Virus record (IMG/VR): IMGVR_UViG_3300048851_000077
Location: 1-40,883 of that record
Origin: a virus
Lineage: Duplodnaviria; Caudoviricetes
DNA length: 40,883 nt
Direction: 5' to 3' (one strand)
Positions 8,393 through 17,065 of the stretch are shown here, piece by piece. The first letter of the stretch is position 1; the number at the start of each line of letters is the position of its first letter. The position numbers were made by a program, and so were the translations under genes. The notes beneath the pieces were generated by a model that had not been told where the DNA came from, made no database searches, and was given only the letters and a program-made list of their open reading frames with translations.

Positions 8393-9664
8393 TCAAGCCA
8401 GCCAGCCCGAGGGGTCCAGCGATACGGGCTTGGCGGCGCGTCTTGCTGCTGTCTTGCTGTGCAACGCGTCAAACCCTTGGGTGTCGAGCCAGCTATGCCA
8501 CTTGTCCAGGGCTGCGCGCTTCAGGGCCTCCCCTTGCGATTGGAAGTAGGTTGCCTCCAGATCCGTAAGCGCGTGATTCAACAGCAGCTTGGCGACCAGA
8601 CTGTCGACGTTCAGATCCGCCCAGGTCGTGCGAGAGAGCTTGCGCAGGTCGTGACTGCTCCACTCGCCATTACCGAGACGACGGAAAATCTCAAAGGACT
8701 GACCCCGTGACAGCGGTTTGCCGGGCTGCTTGGGCGACGGGAACAGATAAGCCCCGGCGTACCCCTTGGCTTTCTGCTGGTTGCGGTAGCGGGTCAAGAT
8801 GGCGATAGCCTGAGTGGTCAACGGTATGCGATGGTCGCGCCTTGATTTGGTGTGTGCGGCCGGAATGAACCACTCTCCCCCTGCGCTCAAACTGAGGTCT
8901 TTCCACTTCGCCAGGCGGGTTTCGCTGATCCGCGAACCGTGGGCCAGCATCATGGCTGCGAACGTCACGTCTACCGGCTTGCTGTCGTACTGGTCAGCCC
9001 ACACGGCCAACAGATCCACCACTTCGACGTGACGCAAGCGCGCGCCCTTGGGCCGGATCTTCTCTTTGCTGAAGTCGCCGAAGGTCACCCGCTCGATAGG
9101 GTTGATACGGATCTTTGACAGGCGCAGTGCCCGCCGAAAAGCGTTTTGCAGGACACCAAACACCGACTTGATGTGTGACAGGCCGCACTCGGCTTTCATG
9201 GGCCAGATCAAACGGTCGTCGATACGCGCCTTGTCCAGGGCATCAAGGCGCAGCGCACCGAGGCGCGGCAACAGATGGCAGCGAATGGCAGACAGAGTGG
9301 TCGCCCGACGCGTGCGGGTCAGGCCTCGGTCCAGCTCGACCCGGGCGGCAAACCACTCCAGCAGCTCGGCCACGGTTTCCCAGCCGTCCACAGTCGCTGC
9401 ACTGGCGGGGTCGACCGTCAGGCGCGCCATGACCCCGGGCAGGCTATCGAGCATCAGTCGCGCCGGCACATCCGGCCAGTTGCCGGCCTTTTTCCAGCGG
9501 CCGCCACGGTCGTATCGCACGACATACCAGCTGCCTCGCGCTCGGTCCTTGCGATACCGGAAGCGCAGCGGGTGCCGGGGGTCTTTCAGCTCAACGACGC
9601 GCTGATCGGCGGCATGCTTCTTTATAGAGGCATCAGAGAGTTGAATCTGCAAAGTCTTAGACAT
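8393..9664 (-). CDS. int: Tyrosine recombinase / integrase with N-terminal arm-binding-type domain
   Basis: Catalytic R (HGSRISE), K (HTKSRR), HxxR (HDLRK), H (LLNHA) and Y (EATYF) all present. Confidence 0.92.
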   Translation of the reverse strand: MSKTLQIQLSDASIKKHAADQRVVELKDPRHPLRFRYRKDRARGSWYVVRYDRGGRWKKAGNWPDVPARLMLDSLPGVMARLTVDPASAATVDGWETVAELLEWFAARVELDRGLTRTRRATTLSAIRCHLLPRLGALRLDALDKARIDDRLIWPMKAECGLSHIKSVFGVLQNAFRRALRLSKIRINPIERVTFGDFSKEKIRPKGARLRHVEVVDLLAVWADQYDSKPVDVTFAAMMLAHGSRISETRLAKWKDLSLSAGGEWFIPAAHTKSRRDHRIPLTTQAIAILTRYRNQQKAKGYAGAYLFPSPKQPGKPLSRGQSFEIFRRLGNGEWSSHDLRKLSRTTWADLNVDSLVAKLLLNHALTDLEATYFQSQGEALKRAALDKWHSWLDTQGFDALHSKTAARRAAKPVSLDPSGWLA

Positions 9665-9784
9665 ACAGGCAGGACTCAATAAAGCGCAGTCAAAACCTGC
9701 GCGAGCTGAATCGAGGCAAGCCGAGCCCGTAAGCGGTCACTTGCCTGATCAATAAAGTTGAAAGTCGTTATGCGTAACGCTTGG

Positions 9785-9958
9785 TCAGTAGTCGCCTATT
9801 TCGGCCTTGGCCCAAATGAGCCTGACTGTTTCCAGCGCTTGAGCCCGAGTGCAGGCGGCGCCTACCATGGGAAACGGCGGCCAGCCTGGCACCAGAACAA
9901 GCCAGGCCACCCGCATCGGCTCAGCCACCGATCGAGCTTGGCGAGACATGATGATCAT
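9785..9958 (-). CDS. Small hypothetical protein
   Basis: Co-oriented with the early operon; start uncertain (9958 or 9949). Confidence 0.45.
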   Translation of the reverse strand: MIIMSRQARSVAEPMRVAWLVLVPGWPPFPMVGAACTRAQALETVRLIWAKAEIGDY

Positions 9959-10616
9959 GGGCCCGGCCTTGGATGACCGTAAAACTCGGGGTGCTGTCGG
10001 TATGCCACGCGAAGCCATCCAGCAACAGAGCCTGAGCCTCAACGAATAGGCCAAGCTGCTCGGTGTCCAACTGGAACAGCTCGTCGGCCTCATCGCCGAC
10101 AGCCGCATAGGCTGCCAACCGCACATCCTCTAGTACCGAGGCGCCGCTATACAGCCAGCTGACCAGAGGGGTTGCCACCTCATGGGTTTTGTACGTCGCC
10201 TGCCCGTGGTCCCGCGCGTCCCTCTCGCCCTGCTCAGCCACGAGGGAACGGCGCTCAGACCAACCCTTGAGCCCGCCTGAGTCAGCATGTGAGTAGCGAT
10301 AGCGCGCAGGCTTTGCCTGATGTTGCTTTTGGGCCACCTCACCCAGGCCGGCCAGATAGCAAGTCATTGCCAGGGCAGTGAGCGGCTTCGCATAGGCCGC
10401 GCAATACAAGCCCGGGGCCTTGAACTGCGCAACACGGTAGAAGCCCGCTGGCCCGCCGTGCAGATCCAGGCTTTTGCGTATACAAAGCCTTGATTGATCT
10501 GTCAGCGGGTAAAGCGGCTCCAGCGAGCTAACCACACAAACGTCGAAGCCCAAGGCAGAGCCGGCTTTAACGATGCACGAATTAACGAAACCGTTAAATA
10601 GCGGATGATTCATCAC
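9921..10616 (-). CDS. Hypothetical protein, 231 aa
   Basis: Long ORF translationally coupled to the upstream gene. Confidence 0.7.
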   Translation of the reverse strand: MMNHPLFNGFVNSCIVKAGSALGFDVCVVSSLEPLYPLTDQSRLCIRKSLDLHGGPAGFYRVAQFKAPGLYCAAYAKPLTALAMTCYLAGLGEVAQKQHQAKPARYRYSHADSGGLKGWSERRSLVAEQGERDARDHGQATYKTHEVATPLVSWLYSGASVLEDVRLAAYAAVGDEADELFQLDTEQLGLFVEAQALLLDGFAWHTDSTPSFTVIQGRAHDHHVSPSSIGG

Positions 10617-11038
10617 AAGTTCCTTAGCTGTTCTTCAATAGCTGCGCGAGCCGCCGCAAGATGACGGCTGTAGGTTGCGTATCCGATGCCCAGGCACAGA
10701 GCCTTATCGAGCTGCTTTGCGCCCTCTAAGTCGTAATTCCGAATTCCACGGCGCTGAAGCACTTCCCAATCGCCCACGCCATACTCCAGCCGCAGCACGT
10801 CGGCCCGCAGAGGGCATTCCTGAAACATGCGGTGTACGCACGCTTCGATGCTGCTTTCCAGCTCGTCACCCGAGCCGAAAGAACGGCCACCAGACCCGCT
10901 AAACATCAGCTCGCCCTTGTTGTCGATCAGGCGGGCCAGCATCGACTTACCGGCCGGGGCTTCGCGACCGTGGTAGCACCAGGCAGCCCACAGCTCTATT
11001 GCGCGATCAAGGCGGTTGTCACTTTTTCGCCGTGCCAT
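10613..11038 (-). CDS. Late-gene antiterminator (Q-like)
   Basis: LDRAIELWAAW N-terminus and C-terminal HTH (KALCLGIGYATYSRHLAAAR); fits with the PR'/tR' arrangement downstream. Confidence 0.7.
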   Translation of the reverse strand: MARRKSDNRLDRAIELWAAWCYHGREAPAGKSMLARLIDNKGELMFSGSGGRSFGSGDELESSIEACVHRMFQECPLRADVLRLEYGVGDWEVLQRRGIRNYDLEGAKQLDKALCLGIGYATYSRHLAAARAAIEEQLRNL

Positions 11039-11045
11039 CGAACGA

Positions 11046-11279
11046 CTACCCCCCGGCCTCGGGCCGCAGCTGGTAGCCGTTGCGGTCACGCTTGCATGAC
11101 GGATGCTTTAACCCTTTGGTGCAGACGCTGACGCCGAATACCAACTCGGAGCGAGTGCAGGCGGCACACCCAAGCCCGCGTATCTCCTGCGCCTCGACTA
11201 TCCGGGCCGGATCGCCGTAAGCGTATTGCGGCATCACCCGGAACACCGGCCTACTCACAATCGGGCACCCGAGCCGCAA
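11046..11279 (-). CDS. Small Cys4 zinc-finger-like phage protein (probable start 11234)
   Basis: YGDPARIVE...CAAC...C...C. Confidence 0.6.
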   Translation of the reverse strand: MRLGCPIVSRPVFRVMPQYAYGDPARIVEAQEIRGLGCAACTRSELVFGVSVCTKGLKHPSCKRDRNGYQLRPEAGG

Positions 11280-11724
11280 TGCGGGGGGAGTTACGGCTGG
11301 CAGCCAGGCGCGCCAGAATCATTTGCGAATAGGCTTCCAGCGGCTCAACCACATGCGCTGGAACGTCGGCGCGGGTCGACACCATAGGATCGGCACGGCG
11401 GATAACCACGTCGCGGGACGGCTCGCCATACAGGTGCCATACGCTGCCACCCTCAGCACGAACCAATTCGGCCTCACTCTCGGTCAGGCATTGCGTCAGA
11501 ACCAGCCCCAAACGGCGTGAGCGACCGCGCAAGACCTCGCTCAGCAACCGCGCACGGCGCGAGGCAATGCGCTCGACCAGAGGCGCCGCCCAGCGACCCG
11601 GCAACGCGGGTACGTCCTGCGCATGCACCACCAGACCGCCCGAGCTGCTAGCGACCAGAATTTCGGCCACGCGAATACGCTCGGCATGGGTTCCGCCAGA
11701 TAAAGCAATCAACATCACGCGCAT
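11251..11724 (-). CDS. Hypothetical protein, degenerate dNMP-kinase-like
   Basis: IALSGG N-terminus and ESEAELVRAEGGSVWHL resemble phage nucleotide kinases but there is no intact P-loop Lys. Confidence 0.5.
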   Translation of the reverse strand: MRVMLIALSGGTHAERIRVAEILVASSSGGLVVHAQDVPALPGRWAAPLVERIASRRARLLSEVLRGRSRRLGLVLTQCLTESEAELVRAEGGSVWHLYGEPSRDVVIRRADPMVSTRADVPAHVVEPLEAYSQMILARLAASRNSPRIAARVPDCE

Positions 11725-11738
11725 TCCTCTACCCGCCG

Positions 11739-12326
11739 TCAGCGACGGGCGTTCTCAATCTTGAGTTTGCGCACAGCCTTTATGTGTTCGTGCAGGGCGG
11801 CCGGGGTCGGCGCCTGCCTCGCTTGAATAGCCAGCTCTATGGCGGCCTGAATTTCGGTCACGGTGACGTTAGTTGCGCACCAGTGCCTGAATAATTGGGT
11901 TGTCTCCGGCGCATCGACGACATAGCCGGGCGACGTCAACTCTTGAACAAACCAGTCGCGCCACTGGGCGGCCTCGCCGAACAGCTCGGGATAGGCTGGA
12001 CTGAATGACGATTTAACGAAATATTGGTCGGGATTCGTAACCGTGACGCGTAACGGCGCGCCCGGCTCGCTGATCGGCTCGACAGTCAGCCATTCGGCTT
12101 GCTGCAAATACGCTAGGAAAGGCATCAGCGCGACATGCCCGAGCTGTAGGGCTTCTTCCCAGTCGCTGACGGCCAGTGCAATTGCACCAGTCGAGCGCTC
12201 GGGGCTGCCAGCCAACAACTCAAGAAGCTTGACCATTCGCCCCATGCCGGCCAGCCCATGCCGCTGCTCGACCTTCTTCACCTCAGGTCGCGCGGAAAAC
12301 CCGGAATCGAGGTTAAAGACTGTCAC
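11739..12326 (-). CDS. Putative replication-associated protein (replisome-organiser N-terminal-like)
   Basis: Directly downstream of cro; EVKKVEQRHGLAGMGRMVKLLELLA motif. Confidence 0.5.
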   Translation of the reverse strand: MTVFNLDSGFSARPEVKKVEQRHGLAGMGRMVKLLELLAGSPERSTGAIALAVSDWEEALQLGHVALMPFLAYLQQAEWLTVEPISEPGAPLRVTVTNPDQYFVKSSFSPAYPELFGEAAQWRDWFVQELTSPGYVVDAPETTQLFRHWCATNVTVTEIQAAIELAIQARQAPTPAALHEHIKAVRKLKIENARR

Positions 12327-12579
12327 GACGCAGGCCTTGGGCGCGCTCGGCGGCCTGCTGAAATGGTCCGTAGATGCCGTTGTAGTCGACGGCGCCGCCG
12401 GACAGAACGACGATCTTCATGGCGGCAGGAAAAGCAGGCGAACGCTCGCGGCGATACCAGGAATAGACGGTGCGGGGATTCTCATCGAGCAAGACAGCAG
12501 CAGGCACGACATGGCGCATGCCTTGACGCAGAGGGGTTTTAGCCTCGCTGACTTGATCAATCCAACTATTGAGGTCCAC
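12313..12579 (-). CDS. cro: Cro-like HTH regulator
   Basis: Divergent from cI; HTH AAVLLDENPRTVYSWYRRER. Confidence 0.8.
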   Translation of the reverse strand: MDLNSWIDQVSEAKTPLRQGMRHVVPAAVLLDENPRTVYSWYRRERSPAFPAAMKIVVLSGGAVDYNGIYGPFQQAAERAQGLRRDSL

Positions 12580-12594
12580 GACAACACCAGAGAA

Positions 12595-12674
12595 TTACAC
12601 TATTTGTGTAACTGTAGATCAGTATCGCGGCCCGGCTCAAGCGGTTTTTTGCGTTCCATACACTTTAAGTGTAT
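12595..12674. promoter_or_regulatory. Immunity region operators and cro promoter
   Basis: Palindromes TTACAC-tattt-GTGTAA 12595-12611 and ATACAC-tttaa-GTGTAT 12658-12674; minus-strand TTGAGC-18-TACAGT (12640-12611). Confidence 0.8.
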
Positions 12675-12747
12675 TTTTACACATATTGAATTGATGATCT
12701 GAATCAGTGTCACAAGCCCGACGACAGCCGCTTTATAGAGAGCCGAC

Positions 12748-13410
12748 ATGAACGACCTGCAAAAAATCATAGGTGAACGCATAAGGCAGGCACGCGCCGA
12801 ATCCAACCTGACGCCTGACGAGGTTGTCGACCGCATCAATGCGATGGAAGGCGGCAAGATCACTCGTACTGCCTATTACAACTGGGAGCTGGATTACCGG
12901 GCCCCAAAAACCGAAAACATCCTCAGGATGGCCGCAATATTTGGCAAAACACCCGCTTGGCTGAACGGCTACACCAGCGAAGACGGCACCCAGGTTAGAA
13001 CCAATTACGTGACCGCCAATAGCCCGACCCTGACCACGGCGAGCGGCACATTCAAGGTTCACCAGGCATGCGGCAATAGCGCCTATCACACCGCCTACCT
13101 GAAACAGCGCGGCCTCGATCACAACAAGCTTTTATCAATCCAACAGCTCGATTCCTCAATGTCGCCGCTGATTGAAGAGGGCGCCGAGGTGCTGCTGGAC
13201 TGTTCCAGAATCAGCCCCAAAGGCGTCGACCTGTTCGGCATCGTCGTGGGTGAAAACATCTGGATTCGCCGCATTCGCGAAGAGCACGACGGCACCTTTA
13301 CCATTCAGGCTCAAAATCAAAACGAATACCCAGACAGGCATCTGAGCCGCGAGGAAGTGGACGCCATGAACATCGTAGGCCGCGTCGTAAGGATCTCTAC
13401 CGACCGATAA
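12748..13410 (+). CDS. cI: CI-like repressor (XRE HTH + S24-like C-terminal domain)
   Basis: N-terminal HTH; DSSMSP and IVGRVV S24 motifs; catalytic Lys position reads IWIRRI. Confidence 0.9.
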   Translation: MNDLQKIIGERIRQARAESNLTPDEVVDRINAMEGGKITRTAYYNWELDYRAPKTENILRMAAIFGKTPAWLNGYTSEDGTQVRTNYVTANSPTLTTASGTFKVHQACGNSAYHTAYLKQRGLDHNKLLSIQQLDSSMSPLIEEGAEVLLDCSRISPKGVDLFGIVVGENIWIRRIREEHDGTFTIQAQNQNEYPDRHLSREEVDAMNIVGRVVRISTDR

Positions 13411-13446
13411 ATACTGGCATGGGGCCATGCATTTTGCTGTTGTGCA

Positions 13447-13463
13447 TTCCACTTTATGTGTAA
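13447..13463. promoter_or_regulatory. Repressor operator downstream of cI
   Basis: TTCCAC-tttat-GTGTAA, matching the immunity-region operators. Confidence 0.7.
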
Positions 13464-13501
13464 CATTACACGTACACATTGGATACGCAAGGCCCATCAC
13501 C

Positions 13502-13762
13502 ATGCAGCAAGGTAGCAGCACGCAAGAAGTCACCCTCGGCAAGAATCCTTCCCTTCCCGACGCTATTTCAGTCGAGCGCAAACAGATGCTGGCTACAGCT
13601 CTTGGTGGCGCGGCGTCCATGTGCGCGGGCATTTCCGCTATAGCCACCCTTTCGCTCAACGAGGGTGAAGCAACGCTTGAGAACGTCGAGGACATTAACG
13701 CCTTGGCGAATGAGCTGCGCCAGAAGCTGCTCACGCTTCAATCAGCCATTTTCTCAGCCTGA
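13502..13762 (+). CDS. Hypothetical protein, ~86 aa
   Basis: ORF after the operator; start uncertain. Confidence 0.5.
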   Translation: MQQGSSTQEVTLGKNPSLPDAISVERKQMLATALGGAASMCAGISAIATLSLNEGEATLENVEDINALANELRQKLLTLQSAIFSA

Positions 13763-13798
13763 TAACGCCCTCTCCTACCGCGCAAGGAAGCACGAACC

Positions 13799-14215
13799 AT
13801 GACCGCTCTAGCCCATATCGTTGGCGATGAAGTCATCGGCCAGCCCGGCCAGCATCTGTCCCATCGAGAACTACATGTGCTTGTCCGGCTGGCCGACGGC
13901 GTCCCGACCGCCACTATCGCAAAACGTCTGAATATCGACCCCATAGGCATGCGCCAGGTTGAGTCGGCCATCATGGCGAAGCTGGGCGCACGCAACAAAA
14001 TGCATATGATCACCCGCGCTTTTACCTTAGGCGTCCTGATCCCGCAGGCCCTGTGCATGCTGCTGTGTCTCGCGGCCATCCTTGAAGCAAACAGCGACTT
14101 CACTCGGCCGGGCCGCCAGCGCCGCGACCGCACCCTGACCGAAACTTCGCGCAGCCTGCGCAATTCCACTTCTCCAGCAGGCGGCCCGCCCCTACGCGCT
14201 ATCGCCCTCGCCTGA
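13799..14215 (+). CDS. LuxR-type HTH protein with C-terminal hydrophobic segment
   Basis: LSHRELHVLVRLADG...IAKRL...MAKLGARN LuxR HTH; AAGGAAG RBS. Confidence 0.8.
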   Translation: MTALAHIVGDEVIGQPGQHLSHRELHVLVRLADGVPTATIAKRLNIDPIGMRQVESAIMAKLGARNKMHMITRAFTLGVLIPQALCMLLCLAAILEANSDFTRPGRQRRDRTLTETSRSLRNSTSPAGGPPLRAIALA

Positions 14216-14222
14216 TCGCTTC

Positions 14223-14317
14223 TTTAATTCGTTATTCCGCTAATTCGTTTTCGGTTGCTTACGCACTGACGCCCGCCTATACTCGGCGCCACGTAACGAA
14301 ATAACGCATTAACGGAT
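14223..14317 (+). promoter_or_regulatory. parA promoter flanked by 8-bp TAACGNAW repeat arrays (parS/operator candidates)
   Basis: TTGCTT(14255)-17-TATACT(14278); taacgaaa taacgcat taacggat at 14294-14317; inverted array at about 14223-14250. Confidence 0.75.
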
Positions 14318-14330
14318 TAAAGGAGAAAGT

Positions 14331-14975
14331 ATGGCTATCATCTTCGGCGTGCTGTCGCAGAAAGGCGGCCCAGGCAAATCAACGATTGTCCGCGGTGTTG
14401 CCGTGGCCCTCGCCCAGAACGATTGGTCGGTCAAGATTGCTGACTTTGACCTCAAGCAAATGACGTCGACCGAGTGGCTGCGTCGACGGCTGGCTAACAA
14501 CATCACCCCGACCGTCTCGGCCGAACCGTTCGCCAGTGTTGCCCAAGCGCTGCGTGATGCAGAACGTTACGACGCCATCATTCTGGACAGTAAGCCCGAG
14601 GCCAGCATGCTGACCGCCGATATCGCCAAGGCGTCCGATCTGATCATCATTCCAACGGGGCTGGCTACGGACGATCTGGCACCGGCGGTCGCACTGGCTG
14701 ACGAGCTGCGCAGTAAGCAGGGCATCCCCGCCGAACGCATCTTGTTTGTCATGAACCACGTCGGTGATAGTGCCTTGGAGCTTGAGGAAGCGCGTCAGTA
14801 TTTAGCCCACAAGCCCTACCAGATCCTTGACGCACACCTGCCCGAAAAGGTTGGCTACCGGCGCGCCATGGACACCGGCCGCTCGATCAGCGAAACGTCC
14901 TATAAGAGCCTCAACGAGCAGGCCGAGTTGGTACTGCAACAGATACTGACAAAAATAGACGAATTAACGAAATAA
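14331..14975 (+). CDS. parA: ParA-family partition ATPase (short, type Ib)
   Basis: Deviant Walker A QKGGPGKST, DFDLKQ, ILDS motifs; AAGGAG RBS. Confidence 0.93.
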   Translation: MAIIFGVLSQKGGPGKSTIVRGVAVALAQNDWSVKIADFDLKQMTSTEWLRRRLANNITPTVSAEPFASVAQALRDAERYDAIILDSKPEASMLTADIAKASDLIIIPTGLATDDLAPAVALADELRSKQGIPAERILFVMNHVGDSALELEEARQYLAHKPYQILDAHLPEKVGYRRAMDTGRSISETSYKSLNEQAELVLQQILTKIDELTK

Positions 14976-14996
14976 CGTGTTAACGTAATGACGTAC
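14957..14996 (+). repeat. Five tandem 8-bp repeats (centromere-like)
   Basis: agacgaat taacgaaa taacgtgt taacgtaa tgacgtac. Confidence 0.75.
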
Positions 14997-15016
14997 AACA
15001 GATCAGGATTTTAGCC

Positions 15017-15268
15017 ATGGCCGTAACAGCACCGAAGAAACCCACCCGCGCTACCAAGGGCACCCCGCCCGAATCGCCTGCTGCAACCCTGACTGGCGGT
15101 GGCATCACGTCCAAACCGTCGAGCAGCGATCAAGTCGCCCTGAATTTCTCTGTTCCAGCCGAATTCCGCAAGGAATACAAGTTGGCCGCCACTCAGAACG
15201 ACATGGCAATGGCTGACGTGCTCAAGGAATCGTTTCAACTGTTCAAAGAGAAACACGGCATGCAGTGA
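15017..15268 (+). CDS. ParG-like ribbon-helix-helix centromere-binding protein
   Basis: Flexible N-tail plus VALNFSVPAEFRKEYKLAATQNDMAMADVLKESF RHH; directly after parA. Confidence 0.85.
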   Translation: MAVTAPKKPTRATKGTPPESPAATLTGGGITSKPSSSDQVALNFSVPAEFRKEYKLAATQNDMAMADVLKESFQLFKEKHGMQ

Positions 15269-15355
15269 TTGCACGCCAGGAAAGGATTGAGCGCCAAGGT
15301 CTTCGACCTCCTTGGCGCTCGATGACACCCCGAAACCCCGCTAAAGGTAAACGAC

Positions 15356-15499
15356 ATGTCAGAACAGGACTATAACACCCTGCGTGCCCGGCCACTATCC
15401 GAACTCAACCGGCTACCGGCCATTCAGGTCGCTTGGTTTCTGCGCCGCTGCACGCCCAGAGTCAGGGCCGCCATCAACCAGGTGCGGCATCGCCGCTGA
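15356..15499 (+). CDS. 47-aa basic small protein MSEQDYNTLRARPLSELNRLPAIQVAWFLRRCTPRVRAAINQVRHRR
   Basis: AAAGGT RBS, upstream hairpin at about 15288-15320, own terminator. Confidence 0.6.
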   Translation: MSEQDYNTLRARPLSELNRLPAIQVAWFLRRCTPRVRAAINQVRHRR

Positions 15500-15506
15500 A
15501 CACCCA

Positions 15507-15530
15507 GCCCCGCCCAAAGCGGGGTTTTTT
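15507..15530 (+). terminator. Intrinsic terminator
   Basis: GCCCCGC-ccaaa-GCGGGG-T6. Confidence 0.8.
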
Positions 15531-15663
15531 GTGGCCGGTGTGGGGCCAAGTGTGGGACAGGCCGGGCGAAACGACGGAAATATCCCGTGATTACTGGCCG
15601 AACGTCCCACATGTACGCGGAGGGGTTCTCCGCGTACAAAAGATGACGACAAATTGCGGGCAG

Positions 15664-15696
15664 AAAAAACCCGCTTTGGCCGAAGCCGCAGCGGGT
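15664..15696 (-). terminator. Terminator of peptide B mRNA
   Basis: ACCCGC...GCGGGT followed by a T-run on the minus strand. Confidence 0.75.
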
Positions 15697-15746
15697 CTGA
15701 TCCCCGGTCAGCTCCTATTAAGCGAGCATTCCGGCTGAATTGGCTT

Positions 15747-15839
15747 TTATTCGCCTTTCCATAGGTCGCGGATGATTTCGTAAGCGATGTGAATCGCGAA
15801 CCGGATCATCAATCCTTTCAGTATATTTAGCATTTTCAT
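15747..15839 (-). CDS. 30-aa amphipathic peptide B (MKMLNILKGLMIRFAIHIAYEIIRDLWKGE), candidate type I toxin
   Basis: AGGGA RBS, own terminator, leader contains the complement of the sRNA B 5' end at 15906-15924. Confidence 0.7.
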   Translation of the reverse strand: MKMLNILKGLMIRFAIHIAYEIIRDLWKGE

Positions 15840-16220
15840 ACCAAGGTCCCTGAATCGACCTTACCCCCAGCGCTTTTCCGGAACACATGGCGGCCTTCGG
15901 GTGTGCGTCAACACTTCCTGTGAGGTTCGGTCAGGTTAAAGGGCCGCAGGTTAAATCCGCGCGGATTACTAGGCCCGCGCCCTTGGTCCAAAATCGTTAG
16001 AGCAACCTGGCTAAACACATCACGTTTCACATTCACGCGGGGCCAGTCTAGCGAGGTTGCACAGCGGGTGCCATCACTTATTGCAGTCAGACTGACGGGA
16101 TTTTGGGCGACTTGGAAAGGGGGGAACGCGTGCCCTTTACCGCCATACGCTTTGTAGGTATCTGTCAATTTATCTAATAAAACGCTTGCAAAGTCGATTT
16201 ACGTTTGTAAACATCATCAC

Positions 16221-16310
16221 ACGTCAACGCTTCCTGTGAGACGGTAGAAGGGCCACTAACCTGACTATCGAAAGAACAGAAAAAACCGCCCTACTAAGGC
16301 GGTTTTTTTT
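16221..16310 (+). ncRNA. sRNA B, candidate antitoxin for peptide B
   Basis: TTGCAA(16186)-17-AAACAT promoter; starts with CGTCAACGCTTCCTGTGAG; CCGCC-ctactaa-GGCGG-T8 terminator; no RBS-led ORF seen. Confidence 0.72.
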
Positions 16311-16440
16311 CGCCTGGAATTTACCGCTCCACGCGAAACACCCGCCCCACAGCCGCTCTAGATACATGCCCACAGCCGATAGACTCACCCAGGTGCGCGC
16401 AATGGGCCGAACCGCGAGCCCACAGCGCTTTTGCGCGGGC

Positions 16441-16473
16441 AAAAAAAAACCCGCCGGACCGAGGTCAGGCGGG
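16441..16473 (-). terminator. Terminator of peptide A mRNA
   Basis: CCCGCC-tgacctcggtcc-GGCGGG-T9 on the minus strand. Confidence 0.8.
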
Positions 16474-16482
16474 CGTGTAGCA

Positions 16483-16566
16483 TCAAGGCCAGTAATGATC
16501 GCGGAGCCGCGACAGGGTGTCATATACCCGGTACACATCCACGATGAGCCGCCATAATTTTTTCAT
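16483..16566 (-). CDS. 27-aa amphipathic peptide A (MKKLWRLIVDVYRVYDTLSRLRDHYWP), candidate type I toxin
   Basis: Strong AGGAGA RBS, immediate terminator, leader contains the perfect complement of the sRNA A 5' end at 16632-16649. Confidence 0.75.
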   Translation of the reverse strand: MKKLWRLIVDVYRVYDTLSRLRDHYWP

Positions 16567-17065
16567 GGCAACTATCTCCTACAGGGCCAACCTCAGCACG
16601 GTTACCGGAACCGCCGTGCCTTGGGGAAGCAGTCGAACGCTTCTTGTGAGGTGACCAATTCGTGGGCCCTTGGGCTAGTCCGGCGCGGGTTCTCAAGCCG
16701 CGTCACAGGGTCCGACCCATGCGACAAGCTGGCTGGGCCAAGCTAATCGCATGCGCTGGGTAACTTAATACCCCAAAAGCGATTCTTGACCAAACGATTC
16801 GACGATTATTTGAAAAATCTTTTGAAAACGATGCGTTAGGCTAGACAAGGTCGTGTTTTATCTATATAACGTGCGCCCCGTTTAACGAGCTCAAGTCATT
16901 TTCTATTGGTCTATTGAAATAAAGAACCAATAATACAAATTTTCAAAGTGAATAATTGCGCGTTTTGAAGAAACATCGCTTTTTGGTGCTTCATATTCGC
17001 TCATTCGCTTAAGAAGCCAATAATATTGTATTTACAAGTGTTGATTTAGGACCTACAGTCGGCTC

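Noticed and set aside
8353-9784. attP next to the integrase
   Set aside because: No tRNA-like core or clear arm-type repeats could be identified by eye; needs the host genome
16900-17005. Two short minus-strand ORFs in the AT-rich spacer (MKHQKAMF..., MSEYEAPK...)
   Set aside because: No RBS, no terminator and no sRNA target; likely chance
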